From a virus, in the IMG/VR virus record IMGVR_UViG_3300035698_012408: DNA of 64,000 bases; one strand, given 5' to 3'. Shown here piece after piece: positions 45,304-52,475 of this stretch (positions are counted from its first letter, which is position 1; the number at the start of each line of letters is the position of its first letter). The position numbers and the translations under genes were made by a program. Under the pieces are notes generated by a model. That model was not told the origin of the DNA. It did no database searches and saw only the letters and a list, made by a program, of their open reading frames with translations.

Positions 45304-45731
45304 AGGTATTTCGCTTTCAACTCCTGGTCTAGGAAGTACGAACACCGTTGACGCGTCTTGACGGTCTGCCCAACATAATACTTCTTGAGCATCTTCTTGA
45401 GCTTCGTATCTTTGGATAGATCAACCAACTGCCACGTAAGCCGGGAAGCATCCCAGATACCGAGCGTAGACATCCACCCGGAATTGCCGTGAGCAGCCAT
45501 CACCCAGTGCGTCCCGTCCTGGTTATGCCAGTAAGCGTCAAGGAAGAAGAAATCAGCAGATGCCGCGTCCCGCAGCTTAAAACCGCAGCCCGGGTCGGCC
45601 TCGCAGATCTTCACGACCTCCACCAGAGACATATCATCCCGAGCAAACAACTCCTGCGACGTGACCGGTTTAGGGATCAGTGTCGGTTGAAACTTCTTCG
45701 GCCGAGGCCGCTTCGATTTACTTTTCGCCAT
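45300..45731 (-). CDS. hypothetical protein (basic N-terminus)
   Basis: 143 aa, starting MAKSKSKRPRPKKF... Confidence 0.55.
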   Translation of the reverse strand: MAKSKSKRPRPKKFQPTLIPKPVTSQELFARDDMSLVEVVKICEADPGCGFKLRDAASADFFFLDAYWHNQDGTHWVMAAHGNSGWMSTLGIWDASRLTWQLVDLSKDTKLKKMLKKYYVGQTVKTRQRCSYFLDQELKAKYL

Positions 45732-46488
45732 CGTCTACCATCTCCTCGCCCGCGATACTCAGCTTGTACTGAGCAGGAGGGAGCACCATTTCCATCGCCG
45801 GCCGAACGTCGGCAAACGACATCTGAAACACGGTAAGCGTCACACCGCCCAGCGGCAGCTGCTCCGTTTCGTCGACCGCACTGATGGTCACTTGGAACGG
45901 ATGGAGGTCTCCCTCGTTGACCCAGTCAAGGACGGGGGAACACGAGGCACTGTCCAACCTGGAATCCCAGTGCTCGTCCAACAGCTTATCATGTGCCGCC
46001 CGGGTATCCACTGCGATCACGGAATCCGTCGCGATCAAGTGACGAGCGCCGCCCGAATCACTGTAATAGACGTGTGCCTTGAATCGACGTGGAAACTGGA
46101 TCATATCGTATGGTACCCATTGCCACGCCATAACGTAAGCCCCAGGCTCGTCACCAGCGCTGACAACAGTAGGATCTTCGATTTCCAACCTGCCGTCCTC
46201 GTGAAACGCCTCCACCGCCGCTGCGATCAACAGCCGCTCACACGGGGTGTGCTTGCAGTCGCGATTACGCAGCATCACGATCGGATCAGTGTCGACCGTG
46301 TCACCAGCGCAGCGGTTTATGAACTCCTCAAAAACCGTGATCGAGATCGCCAACGACGTAATATGCTGTTGCAGCAGCGTCGAAACCTCGAAAGTTTCCA
46401 TGCCCGACCCTTCAGCCAGTCCATCTCTCGCCTCGCACATACCCTCCCGGGCTGTCTTGACGATTTTAATAAATTGCCCAATATTCAT
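45718..46488 (-). CDS. hypothetical protein
   Basis: Trimmed to the ATGA-coupled ATG at 46488. Confidence 0.55.
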   Translation of the reverse strand: MNIGQFIKIVKTAREGMCEARDGLAEGSGMETFEVSTLLQQHITSLAISITVFEEFINRCAGDTVDTDPIVMLRNRDCKHTPCERLLIAAAVEAFHEDGRLEIEDPTVVSAGDEPGAYVMAWQWVPYDMIQFPRRFKAHVYYSDSGGARHLIATDSVIAVDTRAAHDKLLDEHWDSRLDSASCSPVLDWVNEGDLHPFQVTISAVDETEQLPLGGVTLTVFQMSFADVRPAMEMVLPPAQYKLSIAGEEMVDDGEK

Positions 46489-47129
46489 TGAACATACTCC
46501 ATATCCCACTCATCGTGGTCCTGCAACTGATCCTTGAACTTCCAGTAAGCGTACCGTCTCGCCAACTCTCGCTTGACGTACTCAGGTAGTCGGACCTGTG
46601 CAACACGCATGTCACGGACCCGTAGATCCCAGATATGATCGGTCGGACGCCGCATCTTCAGAAAATCGACATCCTTTATGAAAGCATTGTCCGGCGGCAC
46701 CACGTGCGGGCACTCCGGTACTTCGACGTCGTTATCCGACGCCTGTAGATAAGCAGCGGTGGCCCAAGCCTCAGCCGCGTACTGATGGGTGGCACACCAC
46801 CCCGTGATCGTTTCCAGCGGGATGTGCGGTATATCCACAAGCAGCAGCAGATCAGACAGCGTCTCGGGGTCTACCGAATCTTCAGTGTCACACAGCCCAC
46901 CAGCATTGAGTACAATCTGCCGAAGCTGCTCCTCCGCGAAAGCCGCGGAAGCCATAAGTTCCTGGGCGCAGGTGAGCAGAAAACTGTCCTCCTCCTGCCC
47001 GCCGCCGTTGGACGCGATTTCATCCAACGCGCTAGCCACGTAAACCTGCTGAGCATCTCCGCTACCCAGCATCGAATCCAGCAGGTTGTACGTCGGCTGG
47101 CTCAGATTACTCGCGTTTGGTCGTTGCAT
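46485..47129 (-). CDS. hypothetical protein
   Basis: ATG at 47129 with GGAGG 9 nt upstream. Confidence 0.55.
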   Translation of the reverse strand: MQRPNASNLSQPTYNLLDSMLGSGDAQQVYVASALDEIASNGGGQEEDSFLLTCAQELMASAAFAEEQLRQIVLNAGGLCDTEDSVDPETLSDLLLLVDIPHIPLETITGWCATHQYAAEAWATAAYLQASDNDVEVPECPHVVPPDNAFIKDVDFLKMRRPTDHIWDLRVRDMRVAQVRLPEYVKRELARRYAYWKFKDQLQDHDEWDMEYVQ

Positions 47130-47191
47130 CCGCACCGCCTCCGTCTAAATCGACAGTTCGCAAATTGCGACCGTCTGGTTTCCGTTTATAG

Positions 47192-47914
47192 TCAATGGCC
47201 ATCCGGGATTTCGCCCTTTTCGATCGCGACGACCTTCAGACCGTAAGACTTGAGCGTCTCCATCAACAGCTCTGCATAAGCGAGAGCCGCCTCGTCCTGC
47301 GTCACCTCGTCGCGGAGGAACTGGGCGAACAGAATACGGGTCCGTTCGCGGACGTTGGTGATCGTGCTCGCGTCTTCGCCCATGACGCCGTCCGTCAGCG
47401 GTGTTGTCACCAGCTGCTTGACCGGTAACTTGTTCTCCCCCGCTGGTTCACTGGCGGAGATCCAGATCGGCACACCGTCATACGGGCTGACGGGGCCGTC
47501 GATCGCGGGATCATTGGAGAGCGTCTCCAGATAAGCCGTATCGAACCCGACGAGCGGGCCGCCGGCCAACCGGCGAATCTCGACGAGCTCCTCACCGCCG
47601 CCCGCCGCAATCGTGGCGGTGCCGACATAGGAGGTACTGGTAACACACGCGTTGGGCGTACGTGGCTCAGCCGCCGGCGACGTGCCATAGCACCCCACCT
47701 TGCGAACACTGGCCTCCCGTGGGATGCGGAAAAGGTCAAAAGACCCCTGACACGGTTCGTCATCGATCCGCTCCGCCACACGGTTACGACAAACCCGCAG
47801 CTCACCGCTCACAACAGCGACACCGTTGAGAAACACGAACACGTCGTGTATCAGCAGATCACCAAACTGGCAGTCATGATGCTGCCCCGCGGGGAAAATA
47901 ATTTTCTGCATCAT
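47192..47914 (-). CDS. hypothetical protein
   Basis: 240 aa, ATGA coupling. Confidence 0.55.
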   Translation of the reverse strand: MMQKIIFPAGQHHDCQFGDLLIHDVFVFLNGVAVVSGELRVCRNRVAERIDDEPCQGSFDLFRIPREASVRKVGCYGTSPAAEPRTPNACVTSTSYVGTATIAAGGGEELVEIRRLAGGPLVGFDTAYLETLSNDPAIDGPVSPYDGVPIWISASEPAGENKLPVKQLVTTPLTDGVMGEDASTITNVRERTRILFAQFLRDEVTQDEAALAYAELLMETLKSYGLKVVAIEKGEIPDGH

Positions 47915-49062
47915 TCGTCTTCATCTCCATAATTGAGATCAATAGCGCGTAGATTCCGGCCACCATGCTGCGGCGGCGGAACAGGAGGACGCTCAATGGT
48001 ATCACCCCAAAGGGCTAAACCGTGAGCGCCGAGTCGCCGCCGAAAGCCGGCAAGCGTGACCGGGCCAATATCTGGACAACCCAAGAAATCCGAAGCCGTG
48101 AACAGCAAGACGTCACGAACAGAACGAGGCGACTGAGTTTTTCCAAGACCAAGCCGCCGCATGGCATCAGCCACGCGGGCCGGTATCTTGTCACCGTAAA
48201 GGTTCGTCCACGGCTGACTCAAGATCGTTGCATCCTCGATACCGAGGCGGTCTTCGGGATCTTCCCCGAGGAACTCAAGCTGCGCGACCTCCAGGTCACT
48301 ATGGGTCACCCGCTGGTGGAAGGCCACGGCCACATCATGCACCGCGTCAATTACCGTCTCGTGTGAGGCACCGGGTTGCAACAACAGCCTGTCGTAACCA
48401 CCCGAGGCGATTACCTCCGTCACCAGCGCCCGGTAGGTTTGCGAATTGTCAATATACTGATCCCGCCACGCGATGGCGTCCAGCATCGCCTGCACCCACG
48501 ACGCCTTATCCGTGACATAGCGGACGGTCCAACCGTGGTCATTCAACCGTTGGTGGTTATAAGCAAATGCCCGCCGCTTCAGCACACCCTCGGCGACAAT
48601 TCGCACGTTAAGCCAACCGCGTCGCGTGTCGCGAGTTTGATAGATATTGGCATGCGACTGCGCAAGCGAGGCATCCGTAACATCCGCACCGTCCGGGACC
48701 GCCGGGAGATCCGTCACGAGCAACCCAAAGCGGGAAGCAACCGCCAACCGCGACTCTTGCCGCCCGGTCGCACGACCTTCCGTAAGACCCTGAAGCAGCC
48801 CAGCATCGAAGCCCGCGGCGTGCCCCTTATCATGACCCTTCTCGACGATCTCCTCGATCGACTGCTCCGCCTGCCACTTCATCTGTCTGACCTCTTCACC
48901 AGCCACCTCGACCAGAGAATAAGCCTGGCGCGCTGCGTCATCTATCGCTCGCGTCCGCAGCTGTTTGGACTTCTTCCAACCGCTCCGATAACCGGCCAAA
49001 TAACCGATCGGATGGATGACCGCCTCGTGGAGCCATCTCACAAATCTTCCAAGCATATTCAC
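47911..49062 (-). CDS. hypothetical protein with C-terminal RpoA-alpha-CTD-like helix-hairpin-helix
   Basis: IPARVADAMRRLGL...VRDVLLFTASDFLGCPDIGPVTLAGFRRRLGAHGLAL is colinear with alpha-CTD (L.vR..N.L....I..igDL......eLl..pN.G.KSl.EI...L...GL.L). First gene after the 434-bp intergenic hub. GGAGGTG SD. Confidence 0.6.
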   Translation of the reverse strand: MNMLGRFVRWLHEAVIHPIGYLAGYRSGWKKSKQLRTRAIDDAARQAYSLVEVAGEEVRQMKWQAEQSIEEIVEKGHDKGHAAGFDAGLLQGLTEGRATGRQESRLAVASRFGLLVTDLPAVPDGADVTDASLAQSHANIYQTRDTRRGWLNVRIVAEGVLKRRAFAYNHQRLNDHGWTVRYVTDKASWVQAMLDAIAWRDQYIDNSQTYRALVTEVIASGGYDRLLLQPGASHETVIDAVHDVAVAFHQRVTHSDLEVAQLEFLGEDPEDRLGIEDATILSQPWTNLYGDKIPARVADAMRRLGLGKTQSPRSVRDVLLFTASDFLGCPDIGPVTLAGFRRRLGAHGLALWGDTIERPPVPPPQHGGRNLRAIDLNYGDEDE

Positions 49063-49071
49063 CTCCTGTGA

Positions 49072-49088
49072 GTGACTAATTGGTTTCT
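49072..49088 (-). promoter_or_regulatory. 17-nt conserved motif CGGTACTTAGAAACCAA, copy 2
   Basis: Identical to 33216..33232. Lies 9 nt upstream of the 49062 start codon region. Confidence 0.4.
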
Positions 49089-49122
49089 AAGTACCGAAAA
49101 CCCGTAATCCTAGTGGGTATCA

Positions 49123-49142
49123 AATACGCTGCTGTGAAACGT
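49123..49142. promoter_or_regulatory. 20-bp palindromic element GCTGTGA-AACGTC-TCACAGC (TGTGA-N6-TCACA core)
   Basis: Seen directly. The core matches the CRP/FNR-family half-site arrangement. Confidence 0.45.
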
Positions 49143-49162
49143 CTCACAGCGTTACGTGTGTG

Positions 49163-49182
49163 TTTACCTCGCTGTGAGACGT
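49163..49182. promoter_or_regulatory. second copy of the 20-bp element, exact reverse complement of 49123..49142
   Basis: GCTGTGAGACGTTTCACAGC, separated from copy 1 by 20 bp. Confidence 0.45.
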
Positions 49183-49496
49183 TTCACAGCAAAAGCAGGT
49201 CAAAGACATCCTCGCCTGCCAAAATGGCAAAAACCACCCTTAATGGGTACGAAAAACACCGAAAATATGTTAAGCTGGGTAGTTCAGAGACATAACTTTT
49301 CGAGATTCTCGTTGTAACTCCTCGCTGTCAAGGGTGTTATGATTTTAGGCTACAGGTTAAAGGGACATGTTCGTTTAACCTATTAACATATCTAAAGATA
49401 TGTAGTCTCTTACGAGGAGGGCCGCCCTGACGGACGTCCGCCTCGAAGAGTGACGGTACGAGGAGAGGAAAACTGAGCCGCGGCGTGTACCCTCAT

Positions 49497-49766
49497 TTAT
49501 AGTGTAGGCACGCCACCCGAGGCCGGTTCGACCTCGTCTTCGTCGTCATCTTCTTCGATGTCGTCGATGTCGTCAACCGAGATCACGGGCGGGTTGAAAT
49601 ACACGTTGACGTACTGCGCGTCGTCCGAGGGTACCACCGGGACATGCTCTGGCAGCAGCGCTTGGAATTGTGCTACCGCCTCTTCGGGCGAATCGGCGGT
49701 TACTTCGCCGCCGAGACCAACCGGTCCTTTACTGCTGTCGCCAAGACTGAAATGATATTTGGGCAT
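49497..49766 (-). CDS. hypothetical small protein with poly-acidic C-terminus; paralogue of 49794..50036
   Basis: Shares V(T)AD(S/T)PE(E/D)A.A...AL and a near-identical 5' leader (CCCAGTGTGAC.GAAAGGAAA) with the upstream gene. Confidence 0.6.
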   Translation of the reverse strand: MPKYHFSLGDSSKGPVGLGGEVTADSPEEAVAQFQALLPEHVPVVPSDDAQYVNVYFNPPVISVDDIDDIEEDDDEDEVEPASGGVPTL

Positions 49767-49793
49767 TTGGATTTCCTTTCTGTCACACTGGGC

Positions 49794-50036
49794 TTACTCT
49801 TGGCCCTGTGTCTGCGCTGTTGGTTTCATTTTCGTAAGTCCTTTTTCGCTGAACAGCACCGTGACAGCGTCCACGGGGCCTTCCGGCGAGTCAATGCGGA
49901 CCTCGACGACGAATGACGCCCCAAGCGCTCGGATCGCCGCAGCGGCGTCCTCAGGCGTGTCAGCCGTGACACTCACAGCGACGGTCGCGCTGGTTTCCTT
50001 GTGGCTTCCGGTAGCCTCAAATTTGTAATCTGTCAT
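49794..50036 (-). CDS. hypothetical small protein, paralogue of 49497..49766
   Basis: Trimmed to the ATG at 50036 (MTDYKFEATG...). Confidence 0.6.
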   Translation of the reverse strand: MTDYKFEATGSHKETSATVAVSVTADTPEDAAAAIRALGASFVVEVRIDSPEGPVDAVTVLFSEKGLTKMKPTAQTQGQE

Positions 50037-50053
50037 GATTTTCCTTTCGGTCA

Positions 50054-50081
50054 CACTGGGAGTTGACTGGGAGTTGACTGG
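50054..50081 (-). repeat. module A copy 1: 11-bp tandem repeat (ACTGGGAGTTG) x ~2.5
   Basis: actgggagttgactgggagttgactggg. The same 28-mer occurs at 51112. Confidence 0.8.
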
Positions 50082-50099
50082 GGGTTCGTTTTGGTAAGA

Positions 50100-50121
50100 A
50101 AAACTGCGTACGGATTTCCAC
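50100..50121 (-). repeat. module B copy 1 (aaactgcgtacggatttccacc)
   Basis: Identical 22-mer at 50926..50947. Confidence 0.8.
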
Positions 50122-50155
50122 CCGTGCTTTGCCCCGATTGGGGTAAGTGGGCCGG

Positions 50156-50434
50156 CTAGGCCTCCAGGTATTCAAGCGCTTGGCGCCGCGCGTCTGCGAG
50201 CTCCTTCCGCTCTCGCAGCAGGCCGCGAAGCATGTTGACTTCCCGGAAGGCATCACGCAGCGAGTGATTCTCTGGCAGCGCCTCGATCTCCGAGGCGAGC
50301 TTATCCAGCTCGTCCATCCGGTACTTGGTACACATCAGGTGGTTACGCAGGGAGTTCCGATCGCCCCAGCCGTCCCCGGTATCCTGGATGCAACACTTTA
50401 CGCGTGTTCGCATTTCTTCGATTTGTGGCGTCAT
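50156..50434 (-). CDS. hypothetical small protein (coiled-coil-like)
   Basis: 92 aa. AGGAGG SD. Confidence 0.6.
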   Translation of the reverse strand: MTPQIEEMRTRVKCCIQDTGDGWGDRNSLRNHLMCTKYRMDELDKLASEIEALPENHSLRDAFREVNMLRGLLRERKELADARRQALEYLEA

Positions 50435-50464
50435 ATGTCGCCTCCTTTCGTTTTGTGATTATAG

Positions 50465-50587
50465 TGGACCCGACGGGGCTCGAACCCGCACGGCAGTTGC
50501 GCCTCATCCGCTGCTAGGGAAAAATAACCCTGCCCGCGGTAGTGGCTCACCTCGCATTACCGGCTCTGCCAGTTAAGCTACGGGCCC
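50465..50587 (-). tRNA. tRNA-like gene, 123 nt, canonical acceptor/D/T arms but ~73-nt central region (non-canonical or insert-containing tRNA; identity unresolved)
   Basis: Minus strand reads GGGCCCG-TA-GCTT-AACTGGCA-GAGC ... GCGGG-TTCGAGC-CCCGT-CGGGTCC-A. It has a 7-bp acceptor stem (one G.U), a D-loop with GG, and a GTTCGAGC T-loop. No CCA is encoded. The best anticodon-arm candidate is CGGTA/TACCG, with a 16-nt loop starting AUGCGAG (which would give U33, anticodon GCG, A37). Confidence 0.5.
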
Positions 50588-50762
50588 GTTTCGCAAGTGC
50601 TTTGCGTATCTTCGTGACGTTCGCGGCTGTAAACAACCGCCGGCCAAACATCTGGTAAGTGGCCCCAGGAATGACCTTTCGCCGAATTAGGTAATTCAGC
50701 TTCCATCGTGGGATACCAAAAATCTCAGCCACTTCGCGGCTCTGGTAGAGTCGTGCCGTCAT
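50547..50762 (-). CDS. small HTH DNA-binding protein (MerR/excisionase-AlpA-like)
   Basis: LYQSREVAEIFGIPRWKLNYLIRRKVIPG...GRRLF pattern. ATG at 50762 with GGAG upstream. The last ~13 codons overlap the 5' part of the tRNA-like gene. Confidence 0.6.
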   Translation of the reverse strand: MTARLYQSREVAEIFGIPRWKLNYLIRRKVIPGATYQMFGRRLFTAANVTKIRKALAKRARSLTGRAGNAR

Positions 50763-50896
50763 CTTTTTCTCCAAAATAAAGGATTTTGTTGCGGCGGTAA
50801 TTGATGTTTACCGCTCAACCTTTAAGGGAAAAGCAACGAAGCTCGCTCTAACGCGTTGGTGTTTAAGGTGTTACGACGTCCCCGGTTTCTTTCAGA

Positions 50897-50919
50897 CAAA
50901 TCGTCCGGTTTTCCCAGGG
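50897..50919 (-). repeat. module C copy 1 (caaatcgtccggttttcccaggg)
   Basis: Identical 23-mer at 51144..51166. Confidence 0.8.
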
Positions 50920-50925
50920 TAGGCG

Positions 50926-50947
50926 AAACTGCGTACGGATTTCCACC
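50926..50947 (-). repeat. module B copy 2
   Basis: Identical to 50100..50121. Confidence 0.8.
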
Positions 50948-51111
50948 TGAGTGGTCTTTTTGGTACGCTCGTTGAAACATTTGCTCGCCCGCGTAAGATG
51001 TCATAGTGTTATACGAAACATTTCACGAAACTGTAACTGCTTTACCTGTAACAGGTTAGCGGGAAACAGGGCAGCCAACGGGCGTACCAGCCTACCCACG
51101 CTGAGGGGTAG

Positions 51112-51143
51112 ACTGGGAGTTGACTGGGAGTTGACTGGGAGTT
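51112..51143 (-). repeat. module A copy 2: 11-bp tandem repeat x ~2.9
   Basis: actggagttg-type units: actgggagttgactgggagttgactgggagtt. Confidence 0.8.
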
Positions 51144-51166
51144 CAAATCGTCCGGTTTTCCCAGGG
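51144..51166 (-). repeat. module C copy 2
   Basis: Identical to 50897..50919. Starts 6 nt beyond the stop of the 51172..51735 gene. Confidence 0.8.
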
Positions 51167-51171
51167 ATGGT

Positions 51172-51735
51172 TTATCCGCCGCCGTCCAGATCGATCACTC
51201 GCGGCTGCCGTCCAACCTCCCGCACGGGTCGGGATACCACGCCGGCAATTTCCACACGCGGTAGGCCGAGTATGTTTGCGAACTGCTCCGCGTTCTGCTC
51301 GGCGTCCGCACCGGCCTGCCGCATCAGGCGACGCCGCGAGGCCGCCTGTAACGCGTCGGGGCTCTCCGCCCGCGAGGCCGCAAACACCGCCACCCACGAC
51401 GTCGGGGGGTTAGGTAATTCAATGACTTCCATCGTGTCAATATCGAAAGGTTCGCCGGCGTTGCCGAGGAAGGAGCACGTAGGCTCGCCTTCGTCGTCCT
51501 TGTAGTCTTCGAGGTCCTGCTCTGACACCAAGTACCTGTCGAGCTTGTCGGCGTCTACAGCGGCATCTAGGGCCTCCTGGAGCGAACTCCCAAAAACCAC
51601 ACAAACGGGGGAGCCGTGGTCGTGTAACAGCCACGGCCGGACGTTGTGAGGGTTCGACTCGTTGGACGGAATCCAATCGTCGAGCTCCGCAACGTCCTCG
51701 TCACTGAACGTGATCATGCCGTAGGTGAACTCCAT
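51172..51735 (-). CDS. hypothetical acidic protein
   Basis: 187 aa, TGATG coupling. Confidence 0.6.
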   Translation of the reverse strand: MEFTYGMITFSDEDVAELDDWIPSNESNPHNVRPWLLHDHGSPVCVVFGSSLQEALDAAVDADKLDRYLVSEQDLEDYKDDEGEPTCSFLGNAGEPFDIDTMEVIELPNPPTSWVAVFAASRAESPDALQAASRRRLMRQAGADAEQNAEQFANILGLPRVEIAGVVSRPVREVGRQPRVIDLDGGG

Positions 51736-52463
51736 CAGACAGAGAGCTCCTCAGGTGGGGACACGGCGAGCCACCCAAGGACCCGCAGCGCTTCCACCAG
51801 CATCTGGCCGCAGTAGTCATCGCCGTGCTCCGCCTGCAATTTCTCGCGGGCCGTGATGACGTGAGCATGGAATGAGTCCACGGCGTGTGCCGGGATCTGG
51901 AAGGCCCCGACCGCCAAATGTTCGCCGTGCGCGACCGACTGCGCGTCCATGAGTACCACGGACTTGTAGGCGTCGAGATTCTCGATCGTGCCGATCCCGA
52001 TAGCGACATCGGCAGCGAGCGGGTGAGCGAAGCCAGACGCTTCGGCGTCCATCACCGCGTGGGTGATCGCATTACGCACCGCCAGCTTGACCTTTTGCAG
52101 CATGTGCGGCAGCCCGGTCATGTCCACCTGACACGTGACGAGTATCTGCTCTTCGTGCGACTCGTCCGGTCCGAGCAGCGTCGGGTACGTGTGTGGGTAG
52201 ATGGTTTCCTGATCCATATCGTCCCAGCCAAGCTGCTGTGCGACATCATCAAAGCCCTGCTTGGTGTGATCGCACACCAGCTTCGTGAGCATCCTGGCAC
52301 ACTTCCGGCAAAACACGTAGGGGACATCATGGTCCATCGAGTCGATTCTGGGCACGCGACTGTGCCGCAGCAGTTCGATGTTCTCGCCGCACGATACGTA
52401 GGTCGGCGAGAGTTTGGTGGTCCCACAGCTGTCGCAGCATGGGATCTTAGTGAGTGTGGACAT
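51735..52463 (-). CDS. hypothetical protein (N-terminal CCDSCG...CRKC zinc-ribbon-like)
   Basis: 242 aa. Confidence 0.6.
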   Translation of the reverse strand: MSTLTKIPCCDSCGTTKLSPTYVSCGENIELLRHSRVPRIDSMDHDVPYVFCRKCARMLTKLVCDHTKQGFDDVAQQLGWDDMDQETIYPHTYPTLLGPDESHEEQILVTCQVDMTGLPHMLQKVKLAVRNAITHAVMDAEASGFAHPLAADVAIGIGTIENLDAYKSVVLMDAQSVAHGEHLAVGAFQIPAHAVDSFHAHVITAREKLQAEHGDDYCGQMLVEALRVLGWLAVSPPEELSV

Positions 52464-52475
52464 TTACTGCCTCCT

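Noticed and set aside
49080-49295. 71-aa plus-strand ORF inside the 434-bp intergenic hub
   Set aside because: It spans both TGTGA palindromes, has no SD, and would be a lone plus-strand ORF. The region is more parsimoniously non-coding.
50465-50774. Xis-like HTH plus tRNA-like gene interpreted as an attP/integration module
   Set aside because: No integrase or recombinase is recognisable anywhere in the window. A complete acceptor stem is present (both 5' and 3' halves), not just a 3' tRNA fragment. Lysogeny cannot be claimed from this.
50822-51004. 60-aa minus-strand ORF in the 50775-51171 gap
   Set aside because: It reads straight through repeat modules C and B, which also occur in non-coding contexts elsewhere. 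No SD is present.
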